This document shows, piece by piece, positions 41,751 to 56,537 of a DNA stretch of 64,000 nucleotides (positions are counted from its first letter, which is position 1; each line of letters opens with the position of its first letter). The DNA is from Ylistrum balloti (Eukaryota). The notes under the pieces were generated by a model that did no database searches, was not told where the DNA came from, and saw nothing but the letters and a program-made list of their open reading frames with translations. The DNA is taken from the NCBI RefSeq assembly GCF_031769215.1, contig NW_026782027.1, positions 248,001-312,000 of the forward strand. The letters run 5' to 3'. The translations under genes and the position numbers were made by a program.

Positions 41751-42129
41751 AACAACTCCCTACAATCGCAGTGACGTCTTTCTCCAGTAGATTCACTTGA
41801 GCCGACTTATATCCCCGTGTTTTTATTCATCTTTGTGTGTGCAAGTGAATGACTGGGGAGATTATGATTACGATATGGCCCCTTCGGATGTACTGCCATA
41901 TTTTATATCCCAGATAATGTTAACTCTACCACACAGTGAAGCCTGGTGCGGTAAACGTTTAAAACCTAATCTTATGTAACATACACACATAGACACATAC
42001 ATATACATGATATCTTTACAATCACAATTTCGACAGCGAGTGATTTTTTTATAATTAATTAACATGCGTTTTACGTTCCATTTGTTGCAGTGCGAATCCA
42101 TGTAAAGTGGGGAAAATACACTCTACGCC

Positions 42130-42241
42130 ATGCATCGTCCGACTAGACTTAAGATCACAGAACTCAACCCTCATCTCGTGTGCGTCCTCTGTGGGGGTTA
42201 CCTCATTGATGCCACCACCATAGTCGAATGTCTACACTCGT
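42130..42241 (+). CDS. BMI1: BMI1-like coding exon 1 (RING N-half: [37 protein letters not shown])
   Basis: GCCATG start, donor T|GTAAGT, phase 1. Confidence 0.97.
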
Positions 42242-43029
42242 GTAAGTAAAACGTTATATATTACTGATAAATCTGCTCTCCATTTGATACTTTAACAGGT
42301 TTCTGTGGTACCTAAATAAACGTAATTTATCTGCAAGCGGATGCGATAATGTTAAGGACTGTTATTTCCACAGGCGGCCATGATAATTGAGAGGAAGGTA
42401 TACCCTGACTCAAAACAGCAAGAGCGAGCTGTTTGAGTATTTGAGATCAAAAACGAATTGGCTGAACAAGATTATGCAACATAGTAAACCGCTAGCTTTT
42501 CTTCTTCTGGTCGATATTGGGTTGTCTGTGTTTCTTAGGCACCGAACAGGTGTCTGCTGATGCAGAAGAGTCAAGTTGTGTGTTTTAACTTCTGATACTG
42601 GAGCAAAGCAAAGGGGGAAGTCACAGTGGTTTCTTTATGAAACGAGTTTAGATACCGTCTATTTTCGTTTTCCTGAGTCCATCTGATAAAAAGAATAATA
42701 ATTTCCTAATAGGGTTAATGTGGGTCTTGGTACACCAGTATTGAATTGCTTATAAATATAATTAGGAAGATAAATAACAAAATCAATTCGTACATCACAT
42801 TCTTAAGCATTTATTTGATGGAGGTATGTAATTAGATAAAAAGAAACTTACTAGTTTGCTTGGCCTGGAACGTAAATGAAGAAATAAAATGAATAAAGAC
42901 AAAATAAACAACAAAATCTACATTTACACGGAATTTCTTGAAAACATACATGGCAAAATGAGAATCATATGATCCCAAAGGAACGCATCTTCAATATGGA
43001 ACAATTCAATATAGAGTAATATAGATATC

Positions 43030-43380
43030 AACTACACAATCGTCCCGGTATGAATACTGTCTTACCTTAACGATCGCTAAATTAGTCCTTACATGAATAC
43101 TATTTGACATTAGATATACATTTTCTATGTATGAATACTTTACGACCTGATCGACACGATTGTCCCAATGTGGATAATATTCGACCTTAATGAAGCAATC
43201 GCCTCGGTATGAAAGTCATTTGAAATCAACGATACAATCGACCCTGTATGGATAGTATTCCACCTATCGACTCGGGCGTTTCAGTATCGATACTTTTTGA
43301 TACCTTAACTACACAGTTATCAGAGTATGAATAATATTCAATCTTAGGGACACAATCTACCCTGTATGACCATTTTTGAC
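43030..43380. repeat. Degenerate ~41-bp tandem repeat
   Basis: About 8 imperfect copies of ACACAATCG.CCC.GTATGAATA.T.TT.GACCTTAA. Confidence 0.65.
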
Positions 43381-43932
43381 GATTTTAATTGATTCACCCC
43401 ATCATTGCCAGTAGATTACATCAAGAGTGATATTTTTATTCCCTCTTATATAAGCTTATCGCTATTTATTTTTTCAATGTCCTCAACCATCAAAACGATA
43501 TCTGAGATGTAATTTTCTCTCTTAAAACATTACTGTTGTGCTGCTTTTTACCTCAACATATACGCAACGTTATCACCCTGAATGAACTTACAATGCACCG
43601 ACCGACTTCATCATGTTGTAACGTTAAGCATCTTATTTCAGTACAATATTCGTGCGTTAACAAACAAGCTACATTTTATTTGTTTATCGCGTAGATATAC
43701 TGCTAAGGATAATCAAGCTACATGTAAATAACTTGCTATCAGAATTTTACTCCTCGGTCAATTCTATAACACGGAAGCTTTGCTTAAAACGTTCGGTAAA
43801 CAATATTGTTTGAAATAATAAACAGATGTTTTAATGTTCAGTGCAGTTTGCCTGCCAAAAAGATCGGAGGAAATTTAAATAAGTTACGGTAGATGTCCAC
43901 AAATTCAGTTTATCATACTATTTGTTCTTGTT

Positions 43933-43933
<1 letters not shown>

Positions 43934-43982
<49 letters not shown>
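43934..43982. repeat. Poly(T) tract, 49 nt
   Basis: Homopolymer run. Confidence 0.95.
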
Positions 43983-43983
<1 letters not shown>

Positions 43984-45009
43984 TAGTTTTAAGCTTTTAT
44001 AATTTCGTAACTATTAATATTTATTTTCCTTTTCTGAAAGATATTTGGTTCGTAGGATCTAAAATGATCGTGTTTAATTACATAACATTCACATTTCGTT
44101 TTCCGTTTCGATAATTGTCAGCGATCCGACTCAATATTGACATTCAAATTTGTAGAATGATTATATCGCCTTTATAATTAAACATTATGCATACAATGCG
44201 CCATGTGCATGCATGTCTTCCTAAGATATTAAAACTATTCTTAAATAAAAGACAATATTATCGTATCGTGAAATCTGAGCTATTTTTTCAGTTTTAATCA
44301 GTTATAATAATATCTATTTCATGTCCGATCTGAATGCGTTTGAATTGCAATGACACAAGGCAGAATCGTCCTAGTTTTCGTTAGCGTGTTTGTATTCGGT
44401 GAAACATCACAAACCTGCATTATACCATTGCTCTGAGGATCGCCGACCCGTGAAATGAGAGTTTTGATGTTATCAATTCAGCGCTTCAACTTATCATGAA
44501 ACCCTACGAGAAATCAAACAAACTGACGCAAAAGTCCCAAGATAATTGTAAAATTTGAGATATATTATACTCACAGAGATCGTAAACACAAAACAAGGGA
44601 GAATTCTATGCTTAAAAATAAAAGTTAGCTTCATTGGAGCAACATGTACCGTTACCATATAACTTATTTACGCCTGCTGGTAGCTGATGCAAATTAAAAC
44701 ACGCTTTCCAAAACTGAGTAGCTAGCGAGAATGTAACTGGATATAAAAGTTAAAGAAAGATCGTGTATACAGAACATGAAATTATCGATATAATTGTTTC
44801 CTTTTGTTCCGTTTTTTCTTCTTTGACAAATTAGATTTTTTATGTTTAAATGGTATTCTGTTACAGCTTATTGTCCTGATGGCATAGCTTACATATTTCG
44901 TATTCAAATAGAAACCGAAGTACGAATATAAAAAGAACGATGTGAGAAATATTCTAAAATCACGACATTAAACCATGTGAAAAAAACTAAATATAAGAAA
45001 TTGAAACTA

Positions 45010-45480
45010 GTCAGCATAATCCAAACTCTGATTCAAGAAAACTAGGGGGAAATGTGGACAAAATAGAAAGATTTACACGGAAAGACATGGAAAAGTACAA
45101 AGAGAAGTCCAGGTGTTCCGAGTAAATAAGCGTCTTCTGCTTCATCGATGACCTTGTAAACCTGGTCAATCTTAGTAAGTGATATCATATTCTCAAATGA
45201 GAACAAGGTAAATAAAAATGGAACACGAAAGATGTCTGGCTTTTTATCTCACAAAGGAATAAAAATTTGTCAATGAGATCACTATTACGACCTTAAAACT
45301 ACCCCATATTTTTATCAACCGGCATCTTCCGAAAGCCTGTGTTGCGAGTTTGTCATTCAGTTGAGGAAAACAGTGGTAATGAGAACATGCCCTTAAATTT
45401 CGAATCAACAGCGACATGTAAACAGAATAGTTTGCGGATGCATTTATGTTGCTATCCAGAAATGGAAAATTCAAAATTGA
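45010..45480 (-). mobile_element. Penelope-like element 3' remnant
   Basis: The ORF-track peptide NFPFLDSNINASANYSVYMSLLIRNLRACSHY resembles the PLE motif NFPFLSSNIP.SPAYGVYISQLIRYARACS.Y. The adjoining 45010-45235 matches the shared 3' terminal sequence. Confidence 0.85.
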
Positions 45481-48379
45481 AAAATAGTAATCATCATGCT
45501 TATCATACAGTCTGGTGGAGAGCTATCTATGTTGATTTCGTTGTAAGAAATGATCGAGGTAAGCGTTTGATGTATGAGCGTCTGAAAGAGAAATTAAACG
45601 ACTTTGTAAGGTCTTTGAGACCTGTTTTGAAAAACTCTTCGGTATGCAAAATAGCTCAAGTCAGCCAAAAAAGGGGCAAAACACTTTCTGCATATCAAAA
45701 TATTTCCTCGTTCTTTATAACTAATATATAGCGGTACAGATTACCTCTACCAGTTCAACTTTCTAATTACCACGTTTTTTACTTACTGAAACCTTATACT
45801 GTATGTGTAATAAGATCTATTTGTTTCATAATGTAAAAACAAATATACTACTTAGTAAAATCTCTTGTCCTATATTGCTGTTGCAATATGTACAACCTTT
45901 ACTCTTCCATCTATATAAAAAGATAACGTCAAATATAGGCTTTTGTACCATTGATTGTTTTCGGGTTATTGTAACCTTTCTGCTGTGTCATTCGAAGAGT
46001 TACATAATATTTACATCGATTGTATTCATGCGTTGAAAACTTGAATTTCATCTTCATGCCTGTTAAATTCTGTTGGCTTTTGGCATTTTATTAATCCCAA
46101 CAACAAACTATTTTTAACTTGATCAGATGAATGATAATGAATACCGATGAGCTTCCTTGTGTGATTTTTATTATCCATGCGTTATGTATATAACCAAAAT
46201 GCATTAAACAATAAAATATCTCTGAAAACTATTCTGATATGAATGTTTATAGGTTCTGTATATTGTACGTGCAAACCTAGGGATATCCATTGATAATGCA
46301 GCACATATATTTTACTAAACATTAATTAAACATCAATTAACTTTCTAAATTATTGTAGTTGTTCTCAGAAGAGTACATGTGCACTTACATAAATATCTGT
46401 GAAGTCGATAAGAACATTACATAGTTTGATGACGACATAACTAATAAAGTAGTTGATGTTTTATGATATCGTTTTATTACAGTGTCTGGAGATTTATATC
46501 GATCGATGATAAATCTTGAATTACATTTGATTGGTAACGAGTGATACATATCATAACCATGTTTATTGACTACTTAAAGCGACATGTTCGTCTGAATTTA
46601 GTACGATATATCAGAAGTACATACATAACACTTAACATTGACATTTTAATGAAATTTTGATTTGAACTCTAGATCAATGCAACGAGAGTAAAACATGTAA
46701 AGAAAATTAACTCGAAGACGTTTGAAAATAAGATCAAGGAGAACCCCGTGAGTAAGCGCCATTTGCATCGTCGATATTCTGCTATGCAAATCGAGGCCAA
46801 TCAACGTAAATAACGTTACACGAAAGAAAACTGAAGTGATATTCTAGAAACGGCAACCTTTATGTTCTCCGTCCTGCTTCTGTATTTGCATTTAGTTTTA
46901 CTTTTCCAATTCTTGAAGATTGGAGAATAATTATTCTCCTTGTACTTTTACATAAGTATCCTGGTACATCTTTCCTCTGTTCATATCTTTCCTTAGTTGT
47001 ATTGAATTCGAGTTTAGATGATCATTTTGTTGACAAAGTGGTATTTTCTTGGTGATATTTCATTCCGCCCTGGTATTCAACTCTCCATTTTGGTTTTAAT
47101 TGCTTTAAATGAGTATATTTGTGTGAATTTATTTTCTATTTTTGTCTGTCTTGACTACTACATATATAACGACTTTTGCGTGTTACAGAACATTTCCAAA
47201 CTTAATATCATTTTTGCTCTACAATTCCTTACTTCGCAAGATTAGCATGAGCTTGACAAACGATCCATCGAACGTATTTTGATGTTTTATTACGTTGACA
47301 GACCCATTATAACGGCCAGAATGTCAGTTTTATTAAAATTAATGATATTGTAAATCGACGCGTTAGATCTAATATTTTTATAGTACTTTTATAGAAATTA
47401 TATTTTTTTTTTTTGGAGAAAAACATTCCCTTTCCATTTGCTTTGTCCGTCAACAGCAGGTCGCTTTATTGTGTTAGGCAATATGTGTGCGTTCTGTTTG
47501 TATATGAAGAGGGTCATTTCACAGTTATTCTTTGGAATTACATCAGAAATGTATTGAGCGCACAGAATCACTCAAGTTTAAGGTTACAGAAAGGAAATTT
47601 ATTCAAGATATAAAACAAATGTAATTTCATACCTCAATTTCCAATATAGTGGTTACGGTTCTTCAGTTTCTACTATCCGCTTGTTAGAACACACGTAAAT
47701 AGCACTGTCAAGTGTTGCTGTAGCTAAACTATTAAATCCCTCGGGGCTGATCATATTTCAGTTTTACTGATAGAATTGAAAATTAAATTCTGTAAATTCC
47801 CTGAAAGCGCACATGGAAAATGGGCATTTCTCATGCAGTAAAGCCTACTTAGACTCCTGAAATGTTATTGATGCAAACAATAGAGCTTTTATGCCAAGTA
47901 GATTTACAAATCAATTCACTTGCGAGATTTCAATTGGAAACATTTGAAGGTTTGGATCAGGATCAATACAGGACTACATGTAGTGTTTCTCAATGAACAA
48001 AGAGAGTAAATAACCTGATCGTTAATCGCATTTAATACCGCATCCAACCTAAAGCGTATCCAAGATGATGATGTATTGAACGAAGACAGTGACATTTTTC
48101 CAATCTCGTACCGACTCATACAACTGAAGTTTCTCTTTGAATAATTTCTTGTAGATCTTTATTGGAATCTGTCATTGATTGAAAAATCATTTGACATCTA
48201 ATTTTTTTTCAACAATTAAGGTCGTAATTCAGAAAAAAAATACATCCTAGTGCCAACGTCTGTTGTGATTACATAATGTTCACCCAGTGTGATTAACTAT
48301 TTCGAATCTTTGAAAACACACCAAAGAAGTACGAAACGTGTCGACGTGTTAATTAAATCTTAATTCTAACTAAAAATCG

Positions 48380-48830
48380 ATGACATGTGAACAAAGTATG
48401 AATAAGATAACGACTTTCACGGACACCTTTAAAAATAATAAAAGTGTTCCGGAAGGGTATGCATTTTTTGCGTCATTGACAACACCTGCAGTCGAAGTTT
48501 TATCAAATCCAAATACGATATGTCACGTTCGAATAAGAGAAAACAAGGGCTATAAAGATATAATCATCTAACATATCAAACAGCATCGAACAAATTTTAC
48601 TTCATAGCGCACAAGGGAATAAAGTTATATCCTATGCGTCTTTAATGACGAACATAAAAATCATCATAATCTTCAGCAACCTGCATGTCTCGAAACCATG
48701 TGTTTTAAGTTCCTCGAAAACAAACGACGTCTTTCACGAAAATCGTGATATTGGGAACAATAGGATGTTATATTTGACATTATGTGATCAGGAATTAGGT
48801 GTCCAATTCCATCCATAATGAACATGTATC
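48380..48830 (-). mobile_element. Penelope-like element 3' remnant
   Basis: Minus frames give SYCSQYHDFRERRRLFSRNL and FYVRH. The + strand GTGTTCCGGAAGGGTATGC matches the family's terminal motif. Confidence 0.7.
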
Positions 48831-51800
48831 ATTACGTGTTTATATACAATATGGTTTCAGGAAAATTGATATTGTTCTCATGATGCCTGTATGATATATA
48901 TTCATGTCCTAAAATGTTATGAGGACAATTTAAATAATTCAAGGAGCATCTGGTTAGTGAATTGTGTTGTTTAATCTGTGCGTCTTTCTGTACGACAACA
49001 TGTGATTTGGCGTCGTTGTGTTACCATTACAAAAGTTTTAAAATCATCTTTATGACATTTTACTTATTCCTGTTTGTTGATCCTATTATGTGGATCGTAG
49101 CCGATGCTTTATCAGTGATTTGTATCACTCGACTATACTTAACAATAAAATATCAAACCTTTATTTTTTATTATCATGTCAATATTAACAATATATACAC
49201 AGCATAGCCGCAGCCAACGCGGCACATTCTGTGTGAATATTATCCTATATAACCGGAGCACTGTGTAAGGTAAAAAATATCTTATCTGGAGAGGTTTATT
49301 ATCTTGTGCGATGCGAAGTCTGAAAAGTTGTTATACTTGTTTTGTTTAAGGAGTCTCCTCGTAAATCTTTCTGTTGAACGTATTTTGTCATGATTTCATC
49401 GAACATCGGTTAAGATATAGATTCTGTAAACATATCTATATTTTTATTGTTCCTTCGTAGATATGATGAGGTTTACAACCCATGAGATACAAAACAATTT
49501 TATGATATTTACCTTTTAACTTCAAATATTATTTCATCTGTTTTCTACCTCCAACATTACAATAATAGTAACCTATAAAAAAACTCATATTTAAATCATA
49601 TATCTTGATATTAGGCGTTTTTATTCCTCGGTGAAATAGTGCATATTCGCTTTATCTATTCTTCTTATACATATTTTTGTTTAAATATTTATGATTGACA
49701 GGTGTTCTTTTAGATTAACAATTCATTAGGGATATAAATATTTTTATCACTAAAATCTAGCGACATGGAATAGATTCCAATTTGTTATTTACCTCTCTCT
49801 TATCTCTTTAACCCTGAATTACACAACCATGCAGCCTATTATTGGTCGGAATGTATAGTATGTAATGTATTTTCGAAAGGTATCAAACACATTAAAGAAC
49901 AGAAAATTAATCAAAACCCATGTTTTATTTAAACGAATCTAAGCCTATATCATGCTTTGTTCTTCTAACCCTTTTGTCTAGGATGAACCTTTTCTAAAGC
50001 GCGTCCGGCTTACATTACCGTATATATTTACCACGATTTGTCTTTGTCATGTACTGCTGTCGGATCTTGGCCGTTTGTACCTAACATCATACCTGTAGCA
50101 AGTTTCTTTACATCACAAAGGTCTTTTTAAGTGTTTAGAAAAAACATACCCTGCTTTCATTATATGTTATACTCAGCACCTTATTACAATAAACTTGTTT
50201 ACATCTCTTCTTGCCTTCAATATTCATTTATAAATCAAGGCAAACGTTCCCTACGCCTTTTCTATATACCCTTTCGTGTCCTCCTTAAGAGAACCTTTTA
50301 CACTATGTAATGCTTTCAGCGGGACTTTTTAAAATCGTACCCTGCGTCCCACGCGACTTATATTCATCATCTTCGGAAACTTCTTTCAAAGAGTCATGTC
50401 TATGACATTATGCCGGAAGCGCATCTTGTCTACAATACGCCAAATAGTTATTACATTCTTGCTTTCCTTCGCTGCGTGTCTTTTTTTTTGTCCTCGGGCA
50501 GGTTTGTCTATACCATGTTTAAGATGCACAACATATAAATCATGTCCTGATTGTACACACCAGTTTTGTTTTGTACTGTTATATCATGTATTTGTCATAC
50601 TTTTGTCATCAAAATCATGTCGACATATGACTGTTTTTTATTTTTTTTTATTTTTACACAATACTGTTTAATGTCGTATTCTGTTACCATGTCATTTGAT
50701 GAAAGACAAACCAATACAATTTAGATACATAAAGAAATTATTGATTTATGGGATAAAGTAGTGAAATAGTCAGCGGTTATAAAGGAAATAGCTAATTCAC
50801 ATACAAGTTGAAAATTTCATGAGTGCATGTTAAGAACTGCAGGAAGGGAAAAGTTATTTTCAAAATTAAAATTTGATCACGTCTTCGATGACGTCAATTT
50901 GCTAAGTAGTCCCCGTTATTTCTGATTCATCATTGTTCTTTAATAAGTGTAAGCATGGATATTTAATACCTCGACGTGACAAATATGCTTGAAATCAATT
51001 GAAACATAGAGTGGCGTAACCATGTCAATCGGGTTCATTTGGTGATTGTTTTCTGTCAGGAATGTTACTGGATATGAATAGGTTCGAAGTGTCTGTTGTC
51101 TTCAATGAAGGAGATTGACTAAAGATAATTATTTTTCGTTTAATGAACGTTGGAGATGTAGATGTGATATCTATGACAGTCAGAAATATACATTTTCAAA
51201 ATCTGCATTTATAAATATGTTAATCTCAAGCATGCATCGTAAATAGATATGCTCCGTTAAGGGGATACATATTGATTAGCTAACTATCAATGCTCATATT
51301 TTAGCGGTAACATCATTTCAGCACGTTTGGATAAGAAATTATTATTGCGCTAATTGGTGTTTTGTTGGTTGCAAAAAAGTATTATACATGCGGAAATCAA
51401 TCATTGTGTAAATTTGCTGACTATTGTCAATGTGCTATAACTTGCTTGTCCCAAAATTAACTCTTTTACAGTATATTTTGTATAACTTTTTCAAGTAGTT
51501 GGACCATTACAAAATAAAGTGTCTTTTTCATTAAATTGCTACTGAAAAAATAAGTTTAATTAATACTACTGTATTTTATGTCAACTCTTGTTAAAACAAC
51601 TCATCGATTTTTGTAGTGTTAATAAAGTAAATAAAGGAGAGACGGGATAATAGTTCCTGGTATCAGTATCGTTGTTGATTCTGTGTGGATGCATGATCTT
51701 TGTGATTAAGCCATAAAAATGTCGTATCGACTGTCATCACGAGCTAGAGTGCAATATTTTCAGTTGATATGATTCACAAGATATTGTATACATTTGCATT

Positions 51801-54612
51801 GAAATAGTCGTACTTCCTGTTTACGATTATTGTTTACTTTTAAATTGAATAGTATCGTAATATGAAATTAAATCCTGAAGAGCACATATAAATACAGATA
51901 TGCTTTAAGCTGCACTATCTGATTCTGGCCATACATCTCACAGCTTGATGTATTTACCAGTAGTCTATTTTTCCACTATGGGTTGTTAGAGTAATGATAA
52001 ACAGCATTATATGTCGCTCGGTGTGGTGATCTGTAATAATGTCATTTCTATGCAAAGCACAATCCAAACTTGTCGCACCGAGACAGTGTATTTCTTTCTA
52101 TCATTGCATTACTCCAACACATGTTTAGTTCGTGAGAATGTGAATGTTATTAAGTTACTGATAAAAAAATGTATAAATGTCTTGGTTATGCTCCTATCAT
52201 GTGTAAACCACAGTCATGTATACCTTGTATGAACTGCAATCTGAAAATTATATCCCTTGTATACAAAAGTCTGTAGAGGTCATTGCGTGCTACGGTCTTA
52301 CATCGAAGAGGTTAAATATGTTTCTATATATGAAGATGCTTTTTAAGGACATATTTCGGACTTTGGAACTTTAGATGAATTTCTAAGGTGTACGGTTCCA
52401 TCCATGTCATTTGTGTTTCTTAAGAAGCTGTGAACATACCATTCTGAACTCTTGTAGTTGTGTCATGGAAAAAGTTATCCCTAATTGCTTTGGATATTGT
52501 AAAGCTGGCCTCCCATATGATGCCCAGTGAGTTAGCTTTCATTTATTGAATTGGGATTCCGTCCCGAAATCACCATTGCTTGTACCTGGGCAAACAAATC
52601 CAAAAATGAATAAATGTATGTATGTATGACTTAAATGATTACACAGATTTGTGACATTTAAATAACCAAGACATTATTTGATAATTTCATTTATAGAAAA
52701 AAATATAGCATTTGGTATATTTGCACGAACTTGCGAGATTATTGTTCTGTTATGAATATTAGATATTTACAACAACTATAACAGTGTAAAAACATCGTCA
52801 TATGAATTCCATTTTACATCTGCAAAATACCAGTTTACAGAATTTTAACACTTCACAGTATGCTCTCGTAATTACTGCAGAAGCAAAGCCGTCTTTTAAA
52901 GTTATGATATAAGCCTTACAACATATGACTAATATATAATTGAGAATAGAATGGCACCGATTCAGGACATAAAAATGCGAATATATGTATACATATACAT
53001 ACAGAATTTTAATTGATACAATGACCGATTATATGTAAGAAGATCTGACCCAGCTGTTGGCAACGTATTGCAAAACTAATGTATTCCATTTCTGAAATAA
53101 TTTCATACTTTAAACTCTTTTTAAGCCATGTTTTTTTTTTTTTTTTTTTATTCGTAGATGCGTTAGCTATTAAATAGTAACATACAAAGTTATTAAAGCA
53201 CTGCTATGGACAATATTGGTCTTAAACATAACAGTACGCTAAAAATATTTGATTTTATATCTTGTGACGGATATAGCCATTCAGTTTTAAAAATGATGAG
53301 AATGTCATCGTCTTACGTCTTCAAATAACATTCCTATTGATCAGGAAGAAGGTAAAGAAAAAAGTAAACATTTGGTGATTTTTCTAAAACTTGATAGAAG
53401 GCCAACGAACCCGATGAATTTTAACTTTGCTGACAGACTTCAATCCAGTCAGCAGTGATATTAATTCAGCTTTAAGGTAAAACTGATTGATACTTAATCA
53501 AATCTATATCAGGATAAGCATACTGCTAAATCATCATTCACAGAATTAAAGGTGTCAACAAAGTTGTTTATGATTAATAATTATTTGTTTATAATTACCG
53601 ATATGGTCCAAAATATTTTAGATGTGACAAAATTATTATTTGGAACAAAAGCTTCTTGTTAGAACGCTTAGATACCTCAAAAACACGAAAGTAAGACGTG
53701 GCTTATTTTCTGTATTAGTAAACAAATGCAGAGTTATTTATGTAAAAAACTAAATGCTTATTCTTAGGAAAGGCTAATTTTCGAGGTATTTTTCTTCGAA
53801 TTTTTAGAGAAGCTAATTTAAAAATACAACTGAATAAAAGATACAATCAGAATAGCCAGGCACCGCGAGAACAGAGTATTGCTTTCCTTGTTAAATAATT
53901 TATTATTCAAGACTAATAAACGAATCCATAAATGATTGACATTTACTATAAACTAGAGCGGGGAGCTCTTCTCAAAGCATCCGTAAAGTGAATATCGACC
54001 GGTTTTTGCACGCTGCACGTGCTTTATCTGCTTAAGCGGATTCTCGGGGGAGGCATTTCATACAGACATTTTGACAAATCATCAGCAATTGAGAAAACTG
54101 GTATTTCTCTCCTGATGTTTCTTCGCTCATTGTCGATTTTGAAACTAGCAAATATCGATTGTTAAAGAAACGTTATCACCGGTAGACGGGCATTCTTCAT
54201 AAGGCAGAAACCAATCCATGTTACTGTAGTGTTGTATTGTGAGGAAGAGTGAAGTTCAACTAGAACTGTCGTTTGGAAAAACTGAACATCTCTGGAACCC
54301 TATCGCGGACAGGAGTTTTGTAATGGAACCTGATCGATGTTAAAACCGATCGTTAATGTTATGTTACATATATATCATACTTTACTGCAGATTTAGTACT
54401 TGTTCCATGGTAAATAATTGTTTTCTATATTTGTTTATCTATGTTTTTTTATTCATTCTTTTTACCAATATTCCCGAAAATCGATATACTTGCGAAAGGT
54501 TTATTATCAGTTTATGTTTATAAAGAGATGCAAATTATTATGACAGTGAACACCCCTTTGTATGGTGTTATAATAGTACAACACTTTCCTAATGTTGTCT
54601 TTCTTCTTATAG

Positions 54613-54709
54613 TTTGCAAGACCTGCATCGTGCGATACTTAGAGAGCAGCAAGTTCTGTCCTATTTGCGATGTTCAAGTCCACAAGACAAAACCTCTGTT
54701 AAACATAAG
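54613..54709 (+). CDS. BMI1: BMI1-like coding exon 2 (RING C-half: [33 protein letters not shown])
   Basis: TTCTTCTTATAG acceptor, AG|GTGAGT donor, 97 nt. Confidence 0.97.
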
Positions 54710-56537
54710 GTGAGTGCGAAAAGAACATTTCGTAATCAACGTATATAAATGTAAGGACACAAGTTACGTGTTCGATTGAGAATGATCGATTATATACAAT
54801 GAAGATAAAAGTACAATTCTACTCACAATATCATTGCGTATAACCCTCACAGTACTCGTGTATTCAGATCTCCAACGCAAGCTCTCATGGTACTCAACTG
54901 AAGTATTTCACTTTACAAAAGCTATATACCTGGTCTTTGAATGGCCTAGCAGCTTATCATGACTTTAGACGGTTAGTGTGCTTTAATATATTAGCCGTAA
55001 CTTTTGTTTATGTTACGTTCTTGCCGGTTTATGGCTTATTTGTATTTAGATTTGAGTTTGGCTTGATATGTCAATTGTGTGGTATTTGATCTGTTGTAAT
55101 TTACCCACGCAAACGGGCATAAAATGTTGCTGATCTGTCGGAAACGTTTATTCCATGTATTTAGATCAAATGTGTGCAAATAAATTGGCATTTCGGAGAT
55201 ACAATGGTGTATAAACAAAGCTCATATTTTAAAACTTGTACCAACATACAGCTGAACGAAAAGCAATTAAATTTTACAAGTCATTTGGCAATGTATGGAT
55301 ATTGAGGACATATGTAAACATTGAAAACGTATATCGTTCAACTGCGAAGATACCACACTATTATATTGCCTTCAAATAGATCATGTCACTGATTCGCTAG
55401 TTTAACGGTACATACATAAACACTACATCTTGATATATTGTTCTTTGTTGTTGCTTTTTCTGAGATCACATGCTTAGCGCCATACCAATGTTGTGTTGGA
55501 TATGATACATGTCTACCGTCAATAAATGTCAAACATCTGATGAAGTGACGTTAGGACTACAGAGCTCTACACCCTCAACAGTAATTACGCACAGATGAAA
55601 TATTAATATTGACATTGAGTTCAGATTTCAAAAACCATACAAAGCAGCGCGTGTGTGAGGGAAGACCACGCGTGAGCACGCGCCGTGTGAGTACAAAAGC
55701 AGACGATCATTTGGAAGTAATTCAACAGAAAACAGGAGGAAGGATCTATTTTGGTTTTCACTGCCTCAGAGCTAGAATGCGTCTAATTTGAGATTTTTTA
55801 AAATGCTTTCGTCAGCGAGAGGACTACACAAGTGTATGCTGTCCTTACTCTAAAGGAAGTCGAGCACATTATATCACTTAATTCACAGAACCGTTATTTT
55901 CCATAATTAGAAGTCCAGTTTTACCATACAATATCATACAACTATCCGTTATGTGTCTGCAAAAATCTCAATCAAGTTACTATCAGTCCATTTGATTTTC
56001 TTTCTTTTAGGAAACCGTATCTAGCTCACTTGGCCTTTACATAGCAGTGTATGTTCGCCCATACCCCTCTCCTCATTTTTGTCTTTACGGGGAGAGCATT
56101 TATTTCACCTGGGCACCCTGGTGCCTGAAAGGGGAATCCTTGAAGCAGTCTTGCATAATGTGATTAAAGTGTCTGTGGATATAACTATAATCCTTTCAAA
56201 TTCCTCTTCGTTTGCGAAACACGAAAATGTTATGATGTGATTTCTCAAACATCAAAGTGAGCGATGCATGTCCTATGGTCATCAAGCGCTTGTCTTTAAA
56301 CTCTTTAAATACTCCCTGATCTAAGACCATAGACTAAATCCAGAGGTGACATGATGAACGCATTTACATTGCATTGACCACAAGCCGTGCTGTAATATTC
56401 ATTGATATGGATTTTTTCGATAGTAATGTACAAGGAGAGTATATTTCATGATATCATTATTAAGAACATGTACTTACCCAATACATCAAAGTTGTTGTTT
56501 ATTTCAAGAATATTGTCAATTCCATTCTTTGCTTTAG

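Noticed and set aside
1-42090. COMMD3 upstream of BMI1 (vertebrate synteny/readthrough) or a tandem Psc/Su(z)2-like paralogue
   Set aside because: I found no COMM-domain exons and no second RING/RAWUL set by eye. A tBLASTn would be needed to exclude small exons fully.
54441-54612. N-terminal part of the 90-aa ORF as coding sequence
   Set aside because: It is intron sequence read in frame into BMI1 exon 2. The true acceptor is at 54612.
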